In this document: positions 43,118-53,996 of the stretch, in pieces
Numbering within the stretch: the stretch's first letter is position 1
How the letters are laid out: every line of letters begins with the position of its first letter
Assembly: GCA_051362555.1 (NCBI GenBank)
Contig: CM120640.1
Location: 23,670,225-23,734,224, forward strand
Direction of reading: 5' to 3'
DNA: 64,000 nt
Source of the DNA: Lingula anatina
Taxonomy: Eukaryota; Animalia; Brachiopoda
Notes under the pieces: generated by a model
What the model was told of the DNA's origin: nothing
What the model saw: only the letters and a program-made list of their open reading frames with translations
The model's database searches: none
Translations under genes and position numbers: made by a program

Positions 43118-43433
43118 GGAGGGCAGCCCTCTATTCCAAGGGTCCACTGTTCAGAAACTAAAAGAGCCTTGATCAGAAATTGACTGCTTTTCCGAAGGTC
43201 CACCTTTCAGAATGTTTGAGGGTTTGCTATTCCAAATGTCCTCCATCCGAAAAAAGTCGATTGATGCAATAGCTGCACATAAACAAGTTGTATTAGTTGT
43301 GTAATCAGGGCACTGACCTTGTGTTAAAGAAGTGCATTTAAATTGCTAACTTGGTGATGTTTAGGCTATATCTGTAACCTTAGGAATAGCAGACCCTCGG
43401 AACAGGGGACCCTCAGAATAAAGAGGCACATCC
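43118..43433. mobile_element. MITE-like non-autonomous DNA element with imperfect inverted ends built from ~16-bp subrepeats
   Basis: Left ccctctattccaagggtccactgttcag matches the reverse complement of the right end (cctctttattctgagggtcccctgttccgagggtctgctattcc); further degenerate ttccgagggtc-like units at 43189-43250; no clear target-site duplication. Confidence 0.65.
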
Positions 43434-43519
43434 AACTTTAGGTATATTTTTGTTTGGTCCCTGATTCTAGATCTCGCCTTATATGTAAATATTCATTTTT
43501 TTTGCCTTTGACATTGTAG

Positions 43520-43696
43520 AGATGCCACGCACAGCTCCAAAAATTGTAGTCCAACCCAACCTGAAGTCTGTAGAGAAGGACCGGCCTGCCAGTATGCAGT
43601 GTGCAACAGAGGGGACTCCCCCACCTAGGATATACTGGCTTAAGGACTATATACCAGTGGATATATCAGACCCTAGGATAACTGTCTCTGAATCTG
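43520..43696 (+). CDS. Lar: Lar exon: Ig2 N-terminal part (EMPRTAPKIVVQPNLKSVEKDRPASMQCATEGTPPPRIYWLKDYIPVDISDPRITVSES)
   Basis: ttgtag acceptor after a T-rich tract, G|GTAACA donor, 177 nt, phase 1-1; resembles LAR PxLKxVE and WxKDxxPVD motifs. Confidence 0.93.
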
Positions 43697-44065
43697 GTAA
43701 CATATTGCTATGTGGTGTTGTATATTCTGTAACCACCGACTGGAAGAAAAAAGTTAATTCATTCATCTGACTGCAGTGTGATTTAATCCATGTCTGCAGC
43801 AGTGTAGTTTTAGTTAGCCAGAGATGACTGTATTGAATAAAACATTTAAATGTGCAAATGATTGATTGCATTATGTCATACACTAATATGTTTAATAAGA
43901 AATTCCAAATGGTATTTTGCATTGATTCACTTTCAAACCAATGTGCACATTTTATATCAAGTAGCATTATGAACAAAACCATTAGAACCTTGTGAATGTA
44001 GTGATAGATAACTGATTTCCTGAGGCTTTCTGACTGACAGTAATGGTCTGTGGTTGATATTGCAG

Positions 44066-44176
44066 GCACGCTCAATATTATGAACAGCCGAAAATCAGAT
44101 CAAGGGAAATATGAATGTGTTGCAGAGAATGAAGCTGGAGTGGCCTATTCCTATGCTGCCAATCTATATGTGAGAG
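44066..44176 (+). CDS. Lar: Lar exon: Ig2 C-terminal part ([37 protein letters not shown])
   Basis: ttgcag acceptor, G|GTAAGC donor, 111 nt, phase 1-1; [10 protein letters not shown] and ANLYVR are hallmark LAR-RPTP motifs. Confidence 0.96.
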
Positions 44177-47100
44177 GTAAGCCCTGTGCTGAGAACCATT
44201 GTGCTTTGCTCTGTTGTTGTCCTCTCCTTTCAAACAAAACATCTTAAAAGCATCAACTTCCACTTTTGATAAAACAAATAAACATACCATTGTACTACTA
44301 CAGGGGAAAATGGGAAATAAATTCAAAAATACAGGAACATGAAAACTGAAAGAGCACTCCCAGATCAATTAATGGAACTTGAAGAAAAGAATAGACAGGT
44401 GCGAGCGGCAGACAGTCTCTAGATAGCTCAAGTGATTGTCAGATAACTGAGCACTAGTTCGTCAATCATTTATGACTGTGTTTGCTTTGTAAGAATAACC
44501 TGCACTTGATCTTAGAACATTTATGCCTATTTGACTAGGTATTCCAATTGAACTGAAAAGTTCCAAATATATAAAAACTCTAATTTAATAAAGAAAAGAC
44601 ACAATTGAGAGAAACTGATATGACATATTTTCTTGCCCTGGGCTCAGATGTAGGTTAGCCAGAGTCATTCATTCTCTCTCTGCCTAAGGTGGCCTTTTTT
44701 TTAAGTGGTAAAATCATAAGACTTGACTATTGATTACTCCAAGTCTGTACCAACACAACACAAAGTGAGATGCAGTAATGGTTTCCAAATTTCTAACATC
44801 TCACTTATGCAAAATTTTAACACTTTCATTATGTATTTTTTTAACACACAAAAAGAAAAAAAACTGTAAGGCAAATGCAATGCATTTTTGAGAGCTTTCC
44901 AATCATCTTTTCCTGATATTGCTAACAAAACAGTTTCAGGAAAATCTAATCAGTTCTGTTTGAATTTAGTCATTAATTACCTTATATGTGTCAGGAATGC
45001 AGCCTTAGTAACATATGGCCTTCTGAAAGAGATCTGATTAGGTGTTAATATGATCAAATGTTTCTGAGTTGTAACGGAACTGTTATGTAGGATTCCATTT
45101 CCTTTGGCAACAGTTTTGTTCTTGGGCTCAGGATTCACTTTGTTCACTCCTTGTGTACACAATACTGGGATTAGGCTATGACTCATACTCTGGACCTGCT
45201 TGACAAAATTTGGTAATAGCATTCAAGGAAAAACAATCGAGATGGCTTCCAAACTGTAGCTGTCAGTGCTTACTTGATAAAAATTTAAAGATTACTCTGG
45301 ACAGATGAGAAAAGATTTTTCAAGATGAAGCAAACTGGCTTAATAAACATTAGTGAAGGGGTGAGAAATGAATTAATAGACTGTACTGTATTATTTGACT
45401 GATTTCTGCACAGTTCAAGCTGATCCTACAGCTCCGTATAATCGGTCATTTCGTTAGGAAAAGAACATCAAGAACTGTTATGTGCTGTTAGTGCAAAGTA
45501 ATAAAAGATGGGTCAATTATATCTCAACATCAGAATTGTTTTTTAGAATTCACCAATTGCCCTTTTTTCCCTGCAGTATGAAATTCTTAGAAACAGCAGA
45601 TTTAGAGCACAGGACTGGCAAAAATGCAGTTATGCTCTCAGTAAGTCTGTCCAATTTTAGCTATTTCATACAGTGATTCCTTGTCTGGTTTGGGGGTGTT
45701 TCAGCCTGCAGGTTTGTTTGAATATGATGAATTTGATAGCATCTAAAGCCACATTGATTTTTATCTACTGAAAAGAATGATCAATATGAATATGAACTGT
45801 TGCTTAAGGTTGATGAATTTACACCTTATTGTAAGTCTGATTAATGAAAGCTCTATAATTAGGTTGAGAAACAGACATTTATTGCCCCAAGAATAAATAT
45901 TTGTATGTAAAGAAGGATTTTAGAATGACATAAAAAGCATGATGATTTGGTGCATCAATATTCGTGACTGAAAAATGCTGAAATTCATTTCTTATTTGAT
46001 TGAAATCGTGATGACATAAAAGAAATTGTAATAGGAACACCTCACCTTAATTCCAATTAAAGGAAATTGAGTCCTCATTTAAATAATTGTAATTGCTTGA
46101 ATTGTTTAGATCACTAAGTCAACATCCACTGATAGATAAAAAGCTATTGATTTTGGTCTTAGATGTGTTTGTATTCACTGGGGTATACTCCGGACGTCAA
46201 GACTGGAAGGGAAGGCGGCCATTATTTGGCACTGCTGCCTTATGAGAATTATCACAACAGTAAAGATGATCAATAATCCAAATATTTACCTGCTCTTTGG
46301 AGAACTCTAAGTTCACAGACATTGACGGACATAAAAAAGGAACCTGACTGCAGGATGTAGTTTCAAAAGATTTTTTTCTTTAGACAGATATTAGCCATCT
46401 TTTTGCAGCCAAATGAATTCTTTTTACTTGTAAATTTTTTGTGCATAAGTTGTGTCTTAAGGATAAATGTATGAAAAGGATTTAAAGCTGGAAATTGTAT
46501 ATTGACATACTATTTCACTCTTGTTACAGCATGATTTGATTGTTCAAGTCAACAGCTGCATATCCCTATGTAATAATAATGTCTCAGTTTTGTCTTGCTG
46601 TGTCTGTAGGGGAATAGGATTACATTATCCATATTTCTCCACAGTAGGTTGTTACATAATGGAAAGTCGCATTGCATTCCACTTGAATAATCTTGATAGA
46701 TGACTAACTTTGCACATATATTACCATTTATTCTGCAGTGGGAGACTTCTGCTTGATTTATTGCAATATTTTTTCCACTTCATATTTTAAACATTACTCA
46801 AATGATTCGCTTCTGTTCACACAGCACATTGGTTAACTAAATGCCATTCCAGCCAGAACTTGTCTGGGGAAGCACCATAAATATCAATGATAATTTGATA
46901 TATTACAACCATTGTGTTCATAACTACCATATTTTAGATTTTGTGTGCATCTACTGTAGACCTTGAGACATTTCAATTTTTTTTTTCAATTCATTTCTTA
47001 AAGAAAATTCAAAATGCAACTAATTCTAAGATAGAGTAAGCTAAATTTATGTAGATTAATGGGTCACTTCAGCTCTGCATAGGGTCCCTTATCTTTGGCT

Positions 47101-50100
47101 TTGTGGTAATTCATATGCATCTTTTTTCCTATCCAGACTTCTTTATACTGTTGTGTGAAAAAGTGTTGTTATCATCCTTTTTCTGGCCTAGATTGAAAAC
47201 GAGTAGGGCCCCTGCATGAAATGGCATTTGCTGGGGTTCCCCACCAAGGACAGACTGATAAGAGGGGTATCAAAGAGGGCTACATTGTCTTATCCAAACA
47301 CTGAGCTAAAATCTGAAGGGATTGCTCACTGGGGAATTGATAAAGAAACTTGGACCAGCTCTTGCTTCCATGTTTGTGGCTGCTGATCAATAAACAGTTT
47401 GTGTTGAATGAAGCAGGACACGAATATCACTGATATGCCTTTGAAGATTAAAGTCAATAGGTTAATGTCTCGTACCAGCAGGCATATAGTGGAAGAATTA
47501 CACGAAACCAGACCAAGAAAAGAAGCCAGTGGAATTTCTTTTTTCCCCCTAACTTGGGCAATTAAATTGTTACTTTTGATCATTGTTCACTGCGGAGTGC
47601 GTACACTCCTTGAGTGGCCATCCTGCAGTGCAGCAATCTTTCAGTTGTGATACAGCTAGACTCCAGGGTTCAACTCTGACATTTTGGTTTTCATTTAGAT
47701 CTGAAGCACCATAGCTGAGCATCTTATCATGTGAGATTACTCTGATTCATTCTCATGCAAGAGGATCTCTAGAGCAAAGTCTTCACAGCCAGTGCTTTGA
47801 AAAATACACTAAGTTGGTTACTTAAAGGTTAGGCTAGATTACATGTGACCCATATCCCTTTTATAGCTTGTCACCTAAGTGCATTATCAAATTGTTGCAT
47901 TAGAAACTGATGGTATCGTGGGGTCTCTGTCAGAATTAAATAATCTATGAACCTTATTCTTAGGTCAGTTTCTCCTTGTATGCACCACTGGCTTCTTTCA
48001 AAAACTAAAGTAATGTATCCTTTAATGAGCAAAATTCATAAAACATTCAAATGGTTAACCTACAAAATGTGGACTCAAGGAACTTGATAAATATTGAAGC
48101 AGCAGTGAAGCAGGAAAATTTGTGGTTGGCAAGCAAGAACACACTTTAGGGTAGAGATAATGCAAACTTGCTGCTATCTTTCTTAGTAAGACACTTGTAA
48201 AGGTCAGGAGTCTGTAAGCTTCCAAGGAATTTTGAAAGATTTGATTCAAGGTGTTTCCTTTTAGGCTGCTCTGCATTGTGAATTATGTCCAGGTTTACCC
48301 CTACTGAATAACCTAATTGAATGAATTGAATGCTGCAACAGTTAATTTAAGTAAAGTTCAGTAAAAAAAGAATGTGAAATTACTACAAGGAAATGAAAAA
48401 AGAATCCAATTTCACTTAAAAGACACTTACACGCTGCCTGTGAAGCATTATGATGTGAATAAAGAGTTTGATTGATTTTTTTCTTTTGTGGGAAAGCTTT
48501 TTTGCCTTCTAAGAATGAAAAACCCTTCTTTAAGATGTATTTTACACTTAAAATGATCAATAAGTTTTTTTTTGCAGGGCACATTGATTGTAGCTTTAGG
48601 GGGAGAATAGATGTTTTGAATCTGGTCTAATTGCAGGCTGAACATCTGAGAAAATTCCATGACCTCTTCTACTTAAGATTCGACTCAAACCACTAGAATG
48701 GGGAGTTTTCCCAATCCCTCTGCTCATTATGTTACTGTGTTAATTGCTTAATGGAAACGGCCATTCAATTTACAGACATAGTCATGCTAATATTTCTACA
48801 AATATTGGCACTGCCCCAATATTTAGCTCAAACTGCAGAGCGGGTGGTTTTTCTTGGTTCTGCAGCATTAAATGTGAGCAATATATTGAAAAATAACAGC
48901 AATGGTAGCTTTTGCAGCAAAGAACAGCCTGCTCATGGTTCTGTGAGCGTGAGAGGAAAAAAGACAGTTGCATCTTGTCTAACTTTATAGAAGGAATAAA
49001 TAGCTTTGGCAAACATGCTGCTTATTGCTAATAATAGGTTATTCTATGTTGTGTAAGGGAGCTTTTGTAGAGCTCTCTGTCTGCCAGTTAACCTGTCTGC
49101 AAGAGATGTTGACATACAACAGGGAATTGAGCTGGTCATAGAATCAATAATATTGGAATAGCAGCAACCCATCTGTCAGGAACTTGCCTGGTGATGGGGA
49201 AGCAAACAGTGTGCAGGAATTTTCTGCTTGATGCTGTCTATTAACTGGATGTCAAAGAAGTTGTTTTATTAAAGAAAACAATTTAAAATATGAATTTCAC
49301 AGTAGGTGGGTTGAAATAATCCCATGTTTTTATATATTTTTTCATATAGTATAATGTAACAAAAAAAAAAAAAAAAGATTGAGACCCTCCCCTCCCTCCC
49401 CAAAAACCTATCCCCTTAAGCACACATACATACATGCATATACATTCTAGAATCCCTTAGTGTTATGCTATCCATGCTTAATATTTTCTTGTTTGATTAA
49501 GATTTTTTAAAACCCAGTTGAATTTTATTTATGTAATATTTTGTCTTTCTTGACTTTATGTTCACATTTAGCCAGAAAATCCCATTTCAAGAAAATTAAA
49601 TACAGGAAGCAACAAATCTTAAAGCATTCTACTGTTTCACCAAAGAGACATTTGATCCTGATCTGAATACAAGTTACTCAGTACGCTGACCCCAGCAAAT
49701 GGGGCCATATTTTTAGTTCAAAAAGTGTAAGACACCGGAATGAACAAATGTCTTTTCAATGCATATGATTTGATCATTCCAAGTCATTGATGTTGCAGCA
49801 AATAAGTGGCACTTCAGTTAATCAAGATATTGAAATAGAACCAGACTCCAGGTTCAGATGTGTGCTTTAAGATTAGCATAGAGGGATTACTGGTGCTACG
49901 GCCCATTGTACACAACTGCCTGTTGAGATTAACCATGTATGCCCAATATGAGCCCTTGGTGGTTTTGGAATCAGTAGAAATCATTCAACTGGCAATTTGT
50001 CTGTACTTAATGCAAAAGTTCCTGAGGGGAAGCAAGCTGGGCATAAACAAAATGATTTCAACAGAATTTTATGTACTTTGCACTGCCCTTGAACAAACAA

Positions 50101-50905
50101 ATAAGGAAAAAATTACTACATTAACGAATTGCAGTATTGCAATGATTTAATGGTGATAAATAATTTATCTGCAACTGTTAATCAGTAACACATTTTGTGT
50201 ATTATGCAAATTTAAGCAGTGGCAATAGTTGACTGCAGAGAGACAAAAATTACTATTATACCTTCAGTTCAGTGTAAACCAGTAGCAGACGCCATAATGT
50301 CCAATTTTGTAAAACAAATACCTACCCACATATTCCATGTTAATTTATGACCTGGGAGCGTACAATGTAGGATATTGAAAGGGTTCCAATCAATGTAGGA
50401 AAATGAAATAGAAATGGTTAATGAGACCCGTCATGCAATTCTTGGGGGAGGTAATAAGGGATGTCAGTTGATTATGGTTGCTATGATGTAAATTGCCAAA
50501 CATCTGGTTTTAGTTTTGTTACATGGAACAGTTCTTAAACTATGCCTTTGAATTGCTGCCCCCTCCACTATTTAGGAATTGCATATCCAATTATAGGTAT
50601 AGATATTTTGACTTGATATGACAGGGTTATGTTTCAATAAGAATGGATTTGTTTGTCTAATCATGAACAGTACAAAGTCAATCGGATTGTGACTGTTGAG
50701 ATTAACCTTCTCTACCACAATTAAATGGACCTGCTCTAGCACAACCATAAAAAAGCCTCACAATTGGATTCTAAATACATAGTCTATGTTAACGCATACT
50801 TGGTACATAGTCTTCATTATTTTATAATAATTGATGATTTCTCTCTTTTGATAATGATATCAATAAACAGCAAACTATATTTAGTCTTGTATTTTTCTAT
50901 TTCAG

Positions 50906-51178
50906 TACGTAATGTGGCTCCTCGTTTCTCCATCCAGCCCCCAGAAATGTTGGATGTGATGCCAGGAGGCGACATCAACATCACCTGTGTTGCTGTGGGT
51001 TCTCCAATGCCTGTCGTTAGGTGGAAGTTAGGTGTCACAGATCTAGCCCCAGTGGCTGATGCCCCCTTGGGAAAGAATGTTCTCATCCTGAAGGATGTTC
51101 AACAATCTGCAAATTATACTTGCTTTGCAGCTTCTGATTTGGGCAATATCGAAGCTATTACTCAGGTCAAGGTCAAAG
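50906..51178 (+). CDS. Lar: Lar exon: Ig3 ([13 protein letters not shown]...[23 protein letters not shown]...[25 protein letters not shown])
   Basis: ttttctatttcag acceptor, AAG|GTTGGT donor, 273 nt, phase 1-1; [12 protein letters not shown] and SANYTC are LAR Ig3 signatures. Confidence 0.96.
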
Positions 51179-52464
51179 GTTGGTGGACCAGTTTATTTAT
51201 CATGTTGACAGTCAATTGAAATTCTGTCTGTTAGAATTAATTGATATGATAAATTAGGTGTCTGTCTAGTAGATCTAGCCCTGCTTCATGCATGCACTTA
51301 GATAGGTAGATGGAGGCAGAGTTTTATGAATTTTCATAGATGTGCTTAAAGTGTATGCAAGTGGGAAAGAAAAAATGCGTTTAAGACATTATAATGTGAT
51401 TTTTAAATTAGCAGTGGTGTAATCAAAATGTTTGTGACTGTTTTAGCATGGTGTATAGAAGTGTCATATGTGTATTAGGCACTAGTGTGTGCTGCATGCA
51501 ACTTCCCCCAATTTTAAAAAAAAAACTACTATCAGTCTGCTTCAAGAAAAATGGCTCCACTTGAAGATCTTGCTTTACTGTCAAAACAATCTGTGTTGTG
51601 GGTTGTCTAAGAATAATATTGAGAGTAACTATAAATGCTTAATCCTCTATGTTTAATGCAGTCCACTGCATGTTTTCACTGCTCACTTCCTTTTGGGTTA
51701 TATCTGTTCAGAAATGAATTTAATACTGATAATAATTTTAATTGACATAATTTTTAATCTGCAAGCTTAATATGCTGATCATATTTTCTGTAACATTGGA
51801 CAAAAATATTTATAAGTATAACATAGTATCTTCCCAACAAAATAACAGTTAAATTGCATCTTAGCATATCATTATCATTGTCCTTTGTACAAGATTCACT
51901 AGATACCAGCCCATAATTAAATCTGTCATTCATTTGACGTCAATATTTTATGCACTGAGAAGCTATCTAGAAGCCATGATAAGTTCAGAGAAGAGACAGT
52001 GAAGAAACAATATTTACTCGTCCTTTTTCTGCAGAACTTCACAAATATTTTTCATCTTCATGTTATTTTTGCATTGAAAAAACTATTCCCTAGGTCTTTG
52101 CAATGGGGACCCATGCTTAACAAGGAATCCAGGTGACCATTAATATCACAGCACCATACAATTTTTTATTATGCACAGCAGCACTGTTTTTGTCCTCCTG
52201 TATCTGTCACAAACCTTTTATTTTAGTCCAGTGTATGAGGCAAAAATACACTGAAAAGTAACATCTTTAAATGTAGGGCGATAAGCTTGATACTAGTGGA
52301 AAAAAAATGGGAATATTAGTTTATGTGTACAATATATTTTTATGTATATGTGTACATTTTCAAATTGGATACAAACTCTATATTTGTTGTACATTTTTTA
52401 TGGGTTTTGTGGAGGACTAAAACAAATGAACATCACATTAAGTACACCCTTTTTTGCCTTTCAG

Positions 52465-52752
52465 CGCTTCCCAATCCTCCTGTTCACCTCGAGATATCCG
52501 AGGTCACAGCCACATCTGTTAAACTTAGTTGGGATGAAGGAAACAATGATCCCATAGACAGTTATATTATCAACTATAAGCCCAAGTATAAGCAAGGTGT
52601 GGAAAGCAAATCAATATCAGGCATTGTAGAAACTGAACACACTATTACTGGCCTGGTCTCTTATACCATCTATGAGTTCAGAGTAGTAGCAGTCAACAAT
52701 ATTGGGCGAGGGAGACCCAGTGAGCCAAAAGAGTGTACAACTGGGGAACAAC
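52465..52752 (+). CDS. Lar: Lar exon: fibronectin type III domain 1 (ALPNPP...EVTATSVKLSWD...YTIYEFRVVAVNNIGRGRPS...TTGEQ)
   Basis: ttttttgcctttcag acceptor, C|GTATGT donor, 288 nt, phase 1-1; FN3 Trp/Tyr pattern matching LAR FN1. Confidence 0.95.
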
Positions 52753-53320
52753 GTATGTAGGATAGTTCTTATTTATTATAACCAATATTTTACCTATCTC
52801 TATCTCTCTTTCTTTCTTTTTTTACTGTGTGCTGTTTATATCAGGAGTGAAACTTTCCCTTTCTGTTTTGTATAATGTTTAAAAAAGATTAGTGGATCTC
52901 TGAGTTTGAGAATGTGATTTTTAATAATCCTAACTAAAATAATGAATACTAGACAGAGCTCTCCTTTCACTTTGGCATGAGTAATGTAATTTTTATTAAT
53001 ATTTACACAAGCATTTATTTTTCATCATAATTAATTTTCAAAGAATGGCTGTATGGCAGTGGATTTTAACATTGTAGCCAGGTCGTAAGCTTAGGTTCAG
53101 TTCCACCAAGCTTCAGCCAGATGCTCTAGCACATGGCTGTGGTCAACCTGCTCTGCTGGCATGTCTGCTTGTTTTCCATGTTTTGGTTAGAAATGAACAA
53201 AATTAAGTTTTTATCTTAATATTGTATGACGTTTGCCTTGTGGTTTGAAATTTGGCTTGGTGTGTTTAAACATTAGTAAATGTTGATGTGAACATTTCTT
53301 TTCTCTGTATTTGATCTCAG

Positions 53321-53421
53321 AGCCCAGTACACCTCCACGCAATGTCCGAGCCCGTCCATTAAGTACTAGCACACTATATGTCCAGTGGGATGAGCCAGAA
53401 ATACCCAATGGACTCATCTTG
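53321..53421 (+). CDS. Lar: Lar exon: FN2 N-terminal part ([34 protein letters not shown]); absent from the ORF track
   Basis: ttgatctcag acceptor, TTG|GTAAGT donor, 101 nt, phase 1-0; matches the LAR PRNVxARxLS...VQWxEPExPNG pattern. Confidence 0.95.
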
Positions 53422-53785
53422 GTAAGTTCACTTCAACCGACAGTGTAAAAGTATTGTTGTTCAGAAATTGAACAGTAAGTTCATCTTTCTCCCTATAGGT
53501 GGCAGGCAAGTGAGCTACACATTGTGGTTGTTGTGCAGTAAATGTGTTTTTGCCAAATGGATGCAATCTATATAGTGCAGTGCTTTGAACAGTGTTAAAG
53601 TTGATTTGATTGCTGTTCTTCATCTTTATCATCATCTTGCATTACATTAAAAAATGAAATGTATAAAAATACTGATTCTCTGAAAGAGTGTTAAAACATT
53701 TTGTTGCCTGTTTGTCTAAAAGAAATATCATAAAGAAATGTTTTCCCTCAAGATCACTGAAAATATATCAACTACTCACTTCCAG

Positions 53786-53996
53786 GGATACCAGGTGTAC
53801 TACACCCTGAAAGAGGAAGGCGAGAACTTAGCCGAAAGACCTTATTACACATGGCAAAACATGGCAGTTACTGATAAGGTAGCCAATATTCGTAACCTGT
53901 CTCCAAACAGGACATATGTTGTCTGTGTCCTGGGAAGAACCAGCGTTGGCGATGGACCTCCGTCAGAGTATGTTGAAGTCCTAACAAGACAAGGAG
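53786..53996 (+). CDS. Lar: Lar exon: FN2 C-terminal part (GYQVYYT...NLSPNRTYVVCVLGRTSVGDGPPSEYVEVLTRQG)
   Basis: cacttccag acceptor, GAG|GTGAGT donor, 211 nt, phase 0-1; GYxVYYT, TSVGDGP and TxQG motifs of LAR FN2. Confidence 0.95.

Noticed and set aside
48751-48860. Signal-peptide-like METAIQFTDIVMLIFLQILALPQYLAQ upstream of the Ig3 exon
   Set aside because: No good phase-1 donor; the nearest are CGG|GTGGTT (phase 0) and a weak GTTCTG. Worth a look in RNA data only.
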